A stretch of 64,000 bases of DNA from Verrucomicrobiota bacterium. Lineage in GTDB: Bacteria > Chlamydiota > Chlamydiia > Chlamydiales > SM23-39. This document shows, in pieces, positions 55,017-63,695 of this stretch. The stretch's first letter is position 1, and every line of letters begins with the position of its first letter. The stretch covers positions 11,763-75,762 of the forward strand of contig JAGWKU010000001.1 in assembly GCA_028873375.1 (NCBI GenBank). Direction: 5' to 3'. A program made the translations under genes and the position numbers. The notes below the pieces were generated by a model. That model was not told where the DNA came from. It did no database searches and was given only the letters and a program-made list of their open reading frames with translations.

Positions 55017-56209
55017 CTCAGCTCTTCTACCGTTTTTCCTTTCGTTTCGGGAATCCTGGTGGCAACGATCCAAAGAGCTATAAGGCCAAACAGCGAATAG
55101 ATGAAAAAAACGCCTGCAGAGGTCAATTTTGCACTCAGGGGAAGAAAAGTAAGGGCGACTAAATAGTTGGCGATCCAGCCGATAAAACCTGTAAAGGCCA
55201 TGGCTTGTCCTCGGATGGGAGAAGGGGTGATTTCTCCCATGAAGAGTGAAGGAATGGGGCCAATACCAATTGCATAAGCAGCGATGAACGCGAGAAGACT
55301 GATGCTCGAGAGGAGAGGAGAATGAGAGAGGACGGCGAGGATTAGCCCAAGAAGGCCGAGCACCATTCCGCTGAGGCTCGTGAGTAAAAGAGGGCGGCGG
55401 CCTACTTTATCGATCAGCCAGAAAGCCAGGAGGATGGCCAGAAGATTCACGGTGCCGGTGATGAAGGTAACTAACATAGCGGAAGAGAGAGAGGAGAAGC
55501 CGGCCTCCTGGAAGATTTCAGGGGCAAAGTAATAGGCTACGCTAATGCCAGTGAATTGCTGAAAAACTGCGAGGGAGATTCCTAGCCAAAGGCGTGGGCG
55601 AAATCCAGGACTAAACACTTGCTTCCAAGAATTTTTTGCCAAGAGTCTTTGGGGAGGAAGTTTTTCATCGAGAAAGAAGAGAGCAATCAGATGGCCAAGA
55701 GCAATAAAAGTACCCATTCCAAACATGAAAGACCAGTTTCCTGTGCTGGAAAACCAATACCCCGCAAAATAAGATGATAAGCTCCCAAGCGCGATAGCGA
55801 TTTGGTAGGAGCTGACGATATAGCCGCGCTGCGGGGCAGGAGCGATTTCGATCAAATAAAGGGGAACAAGTAATGGCATGATACCGGCTCCTGCTCCGGT
55901 GATGAGTCGTCCCAAAAGGAGACTTTCATAGTTCCAGGCACAGGCTGCGAGGAGCGAGCCGACGAGAAAAAAAATCCCCCCTATTTGCATCGTAGCTTTT
56001 CCACCCCATCGGCTTCTCCAGGAGCTAGCGAAAGCAGATGTAATCAAAGCTCCAAGCAATGCAATGCTGGCTGCTATCCCTTGTTGCAGGGGTGAGAGCG
56101 AAAAGGTGGCTCCCACGAAGGCTAAAGCTCCCGCAATAATGGAAGTAGCATAACCAAATTGAAATCCACCAAAAGAGCAAATTAAAACATCTTTATAAAA
56201 TCTTGTCAT
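54998..56209 (-). CDS. Sugar-porter-type MFS transporter
   Basis: GSLLAACAWNYESLLLGRLITGAGAGIMPLLVPLYLIEIAP, LIDKVGRRPLLL, RIPETKGKTVEE. Confidence 0.88.
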   Translation of the reverse strand: MTRFYKDVLICSFGGFQFGYATSIIAGALAFVGATFSLSPLQQGIAASIALLGALITSAFASSWRSRWGGKATMQIGGIFFLVGSLLAACAWNYESLLLGRLITGAGAGIMPLLVPLYLIEIAPAPQRGYIVSSYQIAIALGSLSSYFAGYWFSSTGNWSFMFGMGTFIALGHLIALFFLDEKLPPQRLLAKNSWKQVFSPGFRPRLWLGISLAVFQQFTGISVAYYFAPEIFQEAGFSSLSSAMLVTFITGTVNLLAILLAFWLIDKVGRRPLLLTSLSGMVLGLLGLILAVLSHSPLLSSISLLAFIAAYAIGIGPIPSLFMGEITPSPIRGQAMAFTGFIGWIANYLVALTFLPLSAKLTSAGVFFIYSLFGLIALWIVATRIPETKGKTVEELSYEVFR

Positions 56210-56244
56210 AGTAAGTTAATTATAGCTGCTGTGAAGTATTAAAA

Positions 56245-57261
56245 CTATTGTTGTTTGGAATGAGAAAAGTAGCGAAAAGGCCAGAGAATAAGGGCTTTAA
56301 GAGAAGCACAACGACTAGGCTGAGGAGGCGGGGGGTCTTCTTTTTCAAATTGCCATTGAATAAGTGGAGGAGGATCGATGAAAAAATCAGGTTTTGTGGT
56401 TCTTTTTTTTCCGTTCAGAGGAACGAAAAGACAGGAATACATAATGTCTGTTACGCGGCGAGTAACCAGCACCTCTTTGACAGAGGTAGTAGAAAGGGCT
56501 CGCTCCCATTTCCAGCGTTCTAAGGTACCTGGCGCTTCAAAGAAAGTGCTTTGAAACATTTCTGTCATGCGGTTTGAAAAGGCATAGGTGCAAATAGTCT
56601 GCCGGTTTTCTAAGATATCCTGAGTTTTCTCTCTCTCGCAGAAGAAAAGGCGTCCTTTTGGGGCCACCAAGTCTTTGAGTTTTTCGACATAAGAGGTTTG
56701 GATCTCAGCACAAAACTCTCGGAGAGCTCGATCTTGATCACGATAAGGAAAAGAAGAGAATACTTTTTGTAAGAGCTTTAAAAAGGCGCTCGATACTTCA
56801 ACCGAAATGACATAGTCATATACGCCTAAATTTGTTTTTCGGTGGCACAGGCGTAAGAATTCGGTCCAAGGAGAAGGCCGGAGCTGAGAGAGGAGGCGGG
56901 GAAATTGCTGGTACAATTTGTTTTCAGAGAGCCGTTTTACTTTCTCGATCAAAGGACCGAGGATACCGGTGAAATCATCTCCTTTCAGATAGATTTTATC
57001 GATGAGAGAAAGATCCATTTTTGGAGGACAGGGGTTGACAAAGACAACTTCGTCAAATTGTTCAGCCAGCTTTGCGAGAGGTAAATTTCGATCGAAAATG
57101 CTGAGAATAATAACACGCCCGCGAAGCCCTTCTGCGCCTTTTAAAATCGCGTCAGCTACCTTCTTTTGATGAAGAGAGGATGTTTCTGGGTAGGCTGCAA
57201 TCGATTGGCGATCCTCGTCGATGACTTGCTGATAGACTTGTTCAAGAGAAGGGACAGGCAT
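56245..57261 (-). CDS. hypothetical protein
   Basis: Intact 338-aa ORF; no confidently recognised domain. Confidence 0.5.
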   Translation of the reverse strand: MPVPSLEQVYQQVIDEDRQSIAAYPETSSLHQKKVADAILKGAEGLRGRVIILSIFDRNLPLAKLAEQFDEVVFVNPCPPKMDLSLIDKIYLKGDDFTGILGPLIEKVKRLSENKLYQQFPRLLSQLRPSPWTEFLRLCHRKTNLGVYDYVISVEVSSAFLKLLQKVFSSFPYRDQDRALREFCAEIQTSYVEKLKDLVAPKGRLFFCEREKTQDILENRQTICTYAFSNRMTEMFQSTFFEAPGTLERWKWERALSTTSVKEVLVTRRVTDIMYSCLFVPLNGKKRTTKPDFFIDPPPLIQWQFEKEDPPPPQPSRCASLKALILWPFRYFSHSKQQ

Positions 57262-57319
57262 AACAATTCTTTTTTTTGGAAAGACTTTAAATATTCGATC
57301 AATTTTTCTGAAAGAAAAA

Positions 57320-58177
57320 TCACATCGCGTGATAACTGAAGAAGGTCATATGGATAAAATTAAGAAGAAAGTGACAGAGAATAGCACTTTCGATTTTCCC
57401 TGAGAGAAGATAGACGCCACCGTAAAGCAAACCGGCGATGAAGGTAAAGCCGAGGATCGCTAGGCTGGGACTCCAATAGAGGTGCGCAAACGCGAAAAAG
57501 AGGGAGGAGAGAAGAAGCGAAAAAAGCTTTCCTCTTTTCCATGGTTGGAAAAAATGGCCCAATTCTCGTTGGATGAATCCTCGATAAAAAGCTTCTTCAG
57601 GCATGGCGGTGAAGATCAGGTTCGTTAGATAGCGGAGAGCTGGGGAAGAGGGCCATTTCAATGCCCAATGCACTGTTCCGCTTGCAATTGCGATGAGAGC
57701 CATGGCGCTAATTCCTAGCGCAGTGAGCCAAACTCCTTTGGTCAGTGCTTGTTTCCAATCTGTTGTGCTGCAGGCTAAAGGGACGAGAAGCGCGAGGGGG
57801 AAGAAGCCCACCAAAGGAGCATCAAAGCCCATGGCCAGCTCCCCCACAATTGTCACAGGTGAAAATCCAGGTATCCAATGGAATTTAAACGCATAGCTTA
57901 GAGAGACCAGCGCGGTAAATAGAATGAGCCGGATGGGAAATGTTTTTTGTTGTGTATACGAAATCCAAAGCAACGCCCATCCTGCTAAAATCAAAAGACT
58001 GGAACTGGTGAGATTCCCATCGAACAATCCGAGGAGGAGGCTGATGGAGAGAAGCGTTCCCCAGAGTTTCGGATGTCGGTAGATCCAAAGACTGAGAAAA
58101 GCGGAGGCGAGAAATAGAAACGGAAGGAAGTGAATCATAACTCTATCCACTGAGCAGCTTTTCGGTGAGGTCCCCAA
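57320..58177 (-). CDS. CPBP-family intramembrane protease-like protein
   Basis: MPEEAFYRGFIQREL...FFAFAHLYW...CHFLLNFIH motifs and several TM. Confidence 0.85.
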   Translation of the reverse strand: MGTSPKSCSVDRVMIHFLPFLFLASAFLSLWIYRHPKLWGTLLSISLLLGLFDGNLTSSSLLILAGWALLWISYTQQKTFPIRLILFTALVSLSYAFKFHWIPGFSPVTIVGELAMGFDAPLVGFFPLALLVPLACSTTDWKQALTKGVWLTALGISAMALIAIASGTVHWALKWPSSPALRYLTNLIFTAMPEEAFYRGFIQRELGHFFQPWKRGKLFSLLLSSLFFAFAHLYWSPSLAILGFTFIAGLLYGGVYLLSGKIESAILCHFLLNFIHMTFFSYHAM

Positions 58178-58836
58178 GTGATTTGATCAGGGGTTAAGGG
58201 TTGAAGTTTGAACTGTTTGCCGAGGTGATGATGGAGTTGGGTGAGGAGCTTGTCTTTGGAGGGAGCAAATTCTTTAAGACGACAAAGGAAGGTATGATGG
58301 GGTCGATCACGGCGGTAGCGCGGCCGCTTCGGAGGGAGGAGTAAATAATTCATGTTTTCGTCGCGATAGTCCCAAAGAAACGAGGTGTGGTGGAGCCATC
58401 GATCTTTCGTGATGTATTGAGCATTCCCTCCACATTTGAGATCGCCGATTACATAATCATTTTCGAGGAGTTGAAAATCGGGAATTTTCCAACTCTCGGC
58501 AAAGAGGTCGGCGCCCCAGCGAAGAATTGGCTCGGGGAAGGGATGGATGGGTAGAAAATCTTTTTGACAGATGAATGTGACAAAGAAGGTTTGTTCATCG
58601 ACGACAACAGTTCCTCCGCCGCTAAAGCGCTTGATGACGGGAATTTGGTCTCTCTTGATCGAAGCGATATTGAGATGCGTTTCTGGATTGCCTGAAATGC
58701 CCATGACGATTGCGCGGGGGGTGCCTCGGCTAATGAGACAAACATTGAGATGAGAGGCGCGGAGGAGTCCTTCTTCGATTTGGAGTTGTTCGAAGATGGG
58801 CATGGAGCCGAGGTCGAGAAAATGGAGCGTTTTCAT
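58135..58836 (-). CDS. Lipoate-protein ligase A family protein
   Basis: VIKRFSGGGTVVVDEQTFFVTFI and GDLKCGGNAQYITKDRWLHHTSFLWDY. Confidence 0.85.
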   Translation of the reverse strand: MKTLHFLDLGSMPIFEQLQIEEGLLRASHLNVCLISRGTPRAIVMGISGNPETHLNIASIKRDQIPVIKRFSGGGTVVVDEQTFFVTFICQKDFLPIHPFPEPILRWGADLFAESWKIPDFQLLENDYVIGDLKCGGNAQYITKDRWLHHTSFLWDYRDENMNYLLLPPKRPRYRRDRPHHTFLCRLKEFAPSKDKLLTQLHHHLGKQFKLQPLTPDQITWGPHRKAAQWIEL

Positions 58837-59258
58837 GCGTCCTCTTTGGGAGGTTTATTGAGTCGAGAAGAGAGGTTGCTCGTCTTTCTTTGAGTTTCTG
58901 TCGCTTTGCGCCCGTTTTCAATCCGGATTTTAAGTTCTTCATCGTCGAGTTCTTCGGAGAGAAAGGAGGTGACTCCTGCTTTGAATGCAGTTTGCCGGTA
59001 TTCCTTTTTCAAACGGTTTGTGATGAGAAGAATAGGGACTGGAGTGAGCGCTCGGAGCTCCCGAGAAAGATCGAGAGGATCGCATTCTTCGATGGCTCCG
59101 TCGAGGATGATGAAATCGAAAGGAGTATCATGAATCAAACCCAAGGCTTTTTCTTTACTGTCTGTTTCAATGACAAAAAATTGAGCGTTGAGGTGTTTTT
59201 TGAGCCAAATGGAAACGGTTGGATTTTCAGAAATGACTAAAAGGGACTGCTTGTCCAT
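58833..59258 (-). CDS. Stand-alone, degenerate receiver-domain protein
   Basis: Receiver-like fold pattern; FIILDGAI keeps the Asp, but the conserved Lys-Pro segment is replaced (TSFLSEELDD). Confidence 0.65.
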   Translation of the reverse strand: MDKQSLLVISENPTVSIWLKKHLNAQFFVIETDSKEKALGLIHDTPFDFIILDGAIEECDPLDLSRELRALTPVPILLITNRLKKEYRQTAFKAGVTSFLSEELDDEELKIRIENGRKATETQRKTSNLSSRLNKPPKEDA

Positions 59259-59269
59259 GGTTCTCTAAC

Positions 59270-61096
59270 CTAACGGTTTCGCTTTTCCAGCGCAACCATC
59301 AAGATGGAGATGTCAGAGGGAGAAAGACCTGAAATGCGAGAAGCAGATCCAAGATTTTCGGGTGTGAAGCGGCCTAGTTTTTGTTTTGCTTCTGCTCGTA
59401 GCCCGACGATGGAGGAGTAATCGAATTCTTTGGGAATGCGGATCACATCGAGATGCTCTAATTTGGCTACTTCTTTGTGTTGTCGTTGGATATAGCCGGC
59501 ATACTTGAGTTCGAGTTCGATTTGGGTGTTGAGATCGGAGCCAAAGTCGGCGATGAGAGCTGGATAAGCGGCTCGTGCTTTTTCGTAATCCCAGTCGGGG
59601 CGAGAGATCAATTGAGCCATGCTGATCCCCTTTCCTTCGATCGTTTTGTAGACGGTGGCAAGGCGAACGATTTCTGTCTCAATGGTCTTTTGCTTTTCGA
59701 TCACTCGGTCGTATTGAGCGCGGGTGATGAGGCCGAGTTCATAGGCCATGGGGCGAAGGCGCAAATCAGCGTTGTCTTGTCGCAGCAAGAGGCGATGTTC
59801 GGCGCGGCTGGTGAACATTCGGTAGGGTTCAGTCAGGTCGAAGCGGATCAGGTCGTCGATCATGACGCCGATGTAGCTATCACTGCGGCGCATGATGAAA
59901 GGAGATTTTCCAAGGGCTTTACAGGCGGCGTTGATGCCTGCGATCATCCCCTGCCCGGCTGCTTCTTCATAGCCGGTGGTCCCATTGACTTGTCCAGAGA
60001 GGAAAAGTCCTTCGACGAGTTTGGTTTCCAGGGTGGGAGATATTTGATCGCTCTTCACGTAGTCGTATTCAATCGCATAGGCAGAGCGGAGAATCTCGGC
60101 ATTTTCGAGACCTGTTACGCTGTGAATGAGATCGAGTTGGACGTCGAAAGGAAGGGATGTCGAGATTCCGTTGACATAGACCTCTTCGGTCATCAGGCCT
60201 TCAGGTTCGAGGAAGATTTGGTGGCGATCTTTGTCGGCAAAGCGGACTACTTTGTCTTCGATGGAGGGGCAATAGCGGGGACCGACTCCTTGAATTACGC
60301 CTGCATAGAGCGGCGAACGGTGGAGGTTGGCTTCGATGATCTGCTTGGTTTCAGGGGTGGTATAGGTGATGTGGCAGGCGATTTGCTGCATGCGAGGTTC
60401 TGGTTCATCGTAGGAAAAGCTGACCCACTCATCACTCAATTGCTCTTCGCATTTAGAGAAATCGATGCTGCGTCGGTGGATACGGGGTGGGGTCCCGGTC
60501 TTAAGGCGCCCGAGCCGAAAGCCGAGACTCTCGAGGCAAGGTGATAACCCGGTCGCTGCTTTATCTCCTGCGCGGCCCCCAGAGAAATTGGTCATCCCTA
60601 TGTGGATGAGTCCCTTCATAAAGGTGCCTGAGGAGAGGACTACGGTTTTAGCGCGGTAGGCAATCCCTTCCTGGGTCCCTACCCCCATGATCTGCCCCCC
60701 TTCCACAAGGAGGGACTCGGTGGTGCCTTGCTTGATGTGGAGGTAGGGGGTTTTTTCAAGCCGGAGCTTCATTTCCAGGGCATAGGCTGCCTTATCTGCC
60801 TGAGAACGAGGGGATCTCACCGCAGGCCCTTTGGAGGCATTGAGCATCCGGAACTGGATGCTCCGGCGGTCAGCCACCTTTCCCATGAGTCCGCCGAGGG
60901 CATCGATCTCACGGACCATATGCCCCTTGGCGGTGCCTCCGATCGACGGGTTGCAGCTCATCTTCCCGATGGTATCGAGATTCATAGTGAGCAAGAGGGT
61001 CTTACACCCCATCCGCGCAGCAGCGTGAGCTGCCTCGCAGCCGGCATGGCCAGCCCCTATCACTATGACATCAAAGATTTCCGGATAATTCCACAT
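59270..61096 (-). CDS. mnmG: tRNA uridine 5-carboxymethylaminomethyl modification enzyme
   Basis: DVIVIGAGHAGCEAAHAAARMG, GGTAKGHMVREIDALGG, GLFLSGQVNGTTGYEEAAGQG. Confidence 0.95.
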   Translation of the reverse strand: MWNYPEIFDVIVIGAGHAGCEAAHAAARMGCKTLLLTMNLDTIGKMSCNPSIGGTAKGHMVREIDALGGLMGKVADRRSIQFRMLNASKGPAVRSPRSQADKAAYALEMKLRLEKTPYLHIKQGTTESLLVEGGQIMGVGTQEGIAYRAKTVVLSSGTFMKGLIHIGMTNFSGGRAGDKAATGLSPCLESLGFRLGRLKTGTPPRIHRRSIDFSKCEEQLSDEWVSFSYDEPEPRMQQIACHITYTTPETKQIIEANLHRSPLYAGVIQGVGPRYCPSIEDKVVRFADKDRHQIFLEPEGLMTEEVYVNGISTSLPFDVQLDLIHSVTGLENAEILRSAYAIEYDYVKSDQISPTLETKLVEGLFLSGQVNGTTGYEEAAGQGMIAGINAACKALGKSPFIMRRSDSYIGVMIDDLIRFDLTEPYRMFTSRAEHRLLLRQDNADLRLRPMAYELGLITRAQYDRVIEKQKTIETEIVRLATVYKTIEGKGISMAQLISRPDWDYEKARAAYPALIADFGSDLNTQIELELKYAGYIQRQHKEVAKLEHLDVIRIPKEFDYSSIVGLRAEAKQKLGRFTPENLGSASRISGLSPSDISILMVALEKRNR

Positions 61097-61135
61097 GATG
61101 AGTAAAAGGCCCCCTTCAATCAGAGGGCCCGCGAT

Positions 61136-61225
61136 CTATTTTTTCTTATGACGATCGCGGCGTCGGCGTTTTTTACGCTTGTGCCGGGCGATCTTCGCTC
61201 TGCGTTTTTTCTTTACAGATGACAT
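61136..61225 (-). CDS. 29-aa AURKAIP1/COX24-like basic protein, probable ribosome-associated peptide
   Basis: MSSVKKKRRAKIARHKRKKRRRRDRHKKK; the start at 61324 in the ORF track is an upstream extension. Confidence 0.7.
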   Translation of the reverse strand: MSSVKKKRRAKIARHKRKKRRRRDRHKKK

Positions 61226-61320
61226 AAACTTCCTTCCAAAGTTCTGGGCTAGTATAAGAGGCCCCCTACAAAAAGTAAAGGACTCCTTGCAGGCACCCTT
61301 ATCATATAGGATTAAAAATT

Positions 61321-62769
61321 TCACTCGTTTGGTGAAAAGGCGGCAAACGCCTCTTTGTTGCCTTTGGCCGCATCCCCCATGGGGTTCATGGGGGTATAGT
61401 TGGCGAATTGGCCGATTTCCTTGCGGAAGGTCATGACGACATCTCCGACAGCGCCGTGGCGGTTTTTGGACACTAGGACTTCGGCGAGGCCGGGCTTGTC
61501 GTGCTTGTCGTAGTATTCACGGCGGAATAGGAACATGACGACGTCGGCATCTTGTTCCAAAGACCCCGATTCTCTCAAGTCGCTCATCATGGGGCGGTGA
61601 CCTTGTCGCTCTTCGACCTTACGGGAGAGCTGGGCAGCGCAGAGGATGGGGATATCGAGCTCGCGAGCGAGCGTCTTAAGCATGCGAGAAATTTCGGAAA
61701 TTTCGATCTGCCGATTCTCTTGCGAGCGCATGTTGCCTGAGCCAGAGAGGAGTTGCAAATAGTCGATGGCTAAAAACCCGATGCCGTGCGTTTCTTTCAT
61801 GCGGCGGGCGCGGGCGCGCAGGTCGGTAATTTTAAGGCCTGGCTGGTCATCGATGATCAACGTGTGCTTTTGCATTGAATTTACCGATGCGACAATTCGT
61901 TGATATTCGTTGCCGCTAAGAGAGCCTGTTTGAATTTTTTGTGATTCGATTTCTGACTGCGAGCAGATGAGGCGGTGAAGGATTTGCGAGGCGCTCATTT
62001 CCAGAGAAAAAATGCCGACTGGCATTTTGTTGCGGAAACAAATGTTCTCCGCTACGGAAAGGATAAAGGCAGTTTTTCCCATCGATGGACGGGCTCCTAG
62101 CAGAATGAAGTTTGACTTCATAAAGCCATTGAGCATTTTGTCGAGCTCGACGAAATGGGTCGGGATACCGGTGACGCCGGGTGCATCAGGCCCTCTCTCT
62201 TGGAACTTTTGCTGTCTTTCTTGCAGCTCCTTCAAGAAGGGCATTTTCGATTCGGCTTTGACTCCGGTGATCAACTCTTTAATCGTAATGCCAAGATGGT
62301 GTTGCGACGATTGGGAGATATTGTAAAACTCCGATTGTGCCGCATCGAGAGAAGCGTGGACATCGGCTGGCTCTTCTAGAGCGGTGCGTTCGATGTTCTG
62401 CGCAGCTGTGATCATTCGGCGCAAGATCGACTTTTCGCGAATCAGCGTGACATATTCTTCAATGTAGGCCGACGTGCCTGCATACTGCGCAAGAAGCGTT
62501 AAATAACTAACGCCACCAATCGCGTCCAACTTGCCGATTCGCTTCAAATCTTCGCTGATGAGGTGAATATCGGCGGGCTTATCAGCGCGATACGCGGCTT
62601 TGAGAGATGCAAATACTGCTTGGTGTTCAGTGTAATAAAAGTCGGTTTCTTCGAGCGTGTCTGCGGCTACATTAAGAGCATTGACACTCGTGAGCATACA
62701 GCCCAAGACCATCATCTCTGATTCTTTGGAATTAGGGGGAACACGTACTTTTTTATCAGTCTCGGACAT
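61321..62769 (-). CDS. dnaB: Replicative DNA helicase
   Basis: GARPSMGKTAFILSVAEN, GFLAIDYLQLLSG, MSDLRESGSLEQDADVVMFLFRREYY. Confidence 0.95.
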   Translation of the reverse strand: MSETDKKVRVPPNSKESEMMVLGCMLTSVNALNVAADTLEETDFYYTEHQAVFASLKAAYRADKPADIHLISEDLKRIGKLDAIGGVSYLTLLAQYAGTSAYIEEYVTLIREKSILRRMITAAQNIERTALEEPADVHASLDAAQSEFYNISQSSQHHLGITIKELITGVKAESKMPFLKELQERQQKFQERGPDAPGVTGIPTHFVELDKMLNGFMKSNFILLGARPSMGKTAFILSVAENICFRNKMPVGIFSLEMSASQILHRLICSQSEIESQKIQTGSLSGNEYQRIVASVNSMQKHTLIIDDQPGLKITDLRARARRMKETHGIGFLAIDYLQLLSGSGNMRSQENRQIEISEISRMLKTLARELDIPILCAAQLSRKVEERQGHRPMMSDLRESGSLEQDADVVMFLFRREYYDKHDKPGLAEVLVSKNRHGAVGDVVMTFRKEIGQFANYTPMNPMGDAAKGNKEAFAAFSPNE

Positions 62770-62810
62770 GGAATGGAGTTATAACAGAAAAAGAGAAAAA
62801 ACAGCAAAGA

Positions 62811-62922
62811 GGGATTTCCCCTTCGGGGACCGGCTCGTGCGCTGCATCGCGCTTCACTTCAAATCCCCACGCGACCCAAACTGTTGGGTCGCTTCTTTCG
62901 ATTTTTTCGAAAGAAAAAATCG
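62811..62922. other. Cluster of hairpins downstream of tRNA-Ser
   Basis: GGGATTT/AAATCCC (62811-62817/62861-62867), TCCCC-TTC-GGGGA (62817-62829), GCGACCCAA/TTGGGTCGC (62871-62892), CGATTTTTTC-GAAA-GAAAAAATCG (62899-62922). Confidence 0.75.
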
Positions 62923-63010
62923 GAAAGAGAGGGATTTGAACCCTCGGTACCCTTATTGGGGGTACGCGTCCTTAGCAGGGACGTGCCTTCGGCCGCTCAG
63001 CCATCTTTCC
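62921..63010 (-). tRNA. tRNA-Ser (anticodon GCT)
   Basis: Minus strand GGAAAGATGGCTGAGCGGCCGAAGGCACGTCCCTGCTAAGGACGCGTACCCCCAATAAGGGTACCGAGGGTTCAAATCCCTCTCTTTCCG; long variable arm; anticodon loop CTGCTAA. Confidence 0.97.
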
Positions 63011-63139
63011 GTAAACCCAGAGATTTTAAGCGATCAGACCCCTTTTGAGCAACCCCCAGGAGAAGAATTTTTTACTTTCAAGAAAATGAAGGAGAGGAAT
63101 AAGGTACTTAGCTTCAGATTATTAATGAGGAGGTAATCC

Positions 63140-63379
63140 ATGTCTTCCAACGTAGTCCAAACAAGTACTTTGCTTCGCCATGGAGCAATTGCGATAGAAG
63201 AGCAAGATGCTTATTGTGCCGTAATATTTAAAACAGCAAAAGAGGCGAAAAAGTATTTTGAGGCTAATCAACCCTCCATAGTGTCGCCCCGTCAGATGCA
63301 TTGCAGGCGGATAGAATCTTCTATTCCCTTCGAAGCTCACAGCCAGAAGACCGAAGTAAAAAGATTTTTAGTAGTTTGA
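63140..63379 (+). CDS. hypothetical protein (possibly the 5' half of a frameshifted gene)
   Basis: Strong RBS-like GAGGAGGT before ATG; 79 aa; overlaps the next ORF in another frame. Confidence 0.45.
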   Translation: MSSNVVQTSTLLRHGAIAIEEQDAYCAVIFKTAKEAKKYFEANQPSIVSPRQMHCRRIESSIPFEAHSQKTEVKRFLVV

Positions 63380-63579
63380 GTGATTGGAACGAAGCTCTCA
63401 AAAAGGAAGATGAGTTTGCGCGCTCGGTAGCGGAGATTGGAGGAATGCTGAGCATGGAATTCATGGGAATATCAAAAGAAATAGCGATGAGCAAAATCCA
63501 ATTTAGGCAGATCGAGGCTTATCTGGCATTTATCAATGCGTTTAAGGCTTCGGGAAGAACGCCTAAGCCTTTTTTGTGA
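63301..63579 (+). CDS. hypothetical protein fragment (possibly the 3' half of the preceding gene)
   Basis: Protein-like composition after the 63379 stop (DWNEALKKEDEFARSVAEIGGML...). Confidence 0.35.
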   Translation: MQADRIFYSLRSSQPEDRSKKIFSSLSDWNEALKKEDEFARSVAEIGGMLSMEFMGISKEIAMSKIQFRQIEAYLAFINAFKASGRTPKPFL

Positions 63580-63589
63580 GATATTTTCT

Positions 63590-63610
63590 AATGTAAAGCC
63601 GCTTTACATT
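63590..63610. repeat. palindrome AATGTAAAGC-C-GCTTTACATT
   Basis: Perfect palindrome read directly. Confidence 0.95.
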
Positions 63611-63695
63611 TGGGAAGCGCTGCTTTTCTTTGCCTAAAAAACCCCTTTTGGTTAAAAGAGGTTTGGGATAGCCTATACCCCTGAGATTGACTGTT

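Noticed and set aside
59477-60544. 355-aa plus-strand ORF
   Set aside because: Fully antisense to the clearly recognised mnmG gene; a shadow ORF from codon bias.
62657-63136. 159-aa plus-strand ORF
   Set aside because: Spans the dnaB 5' region, hairpins and tRNA-Ser in antisense; not protein-like.
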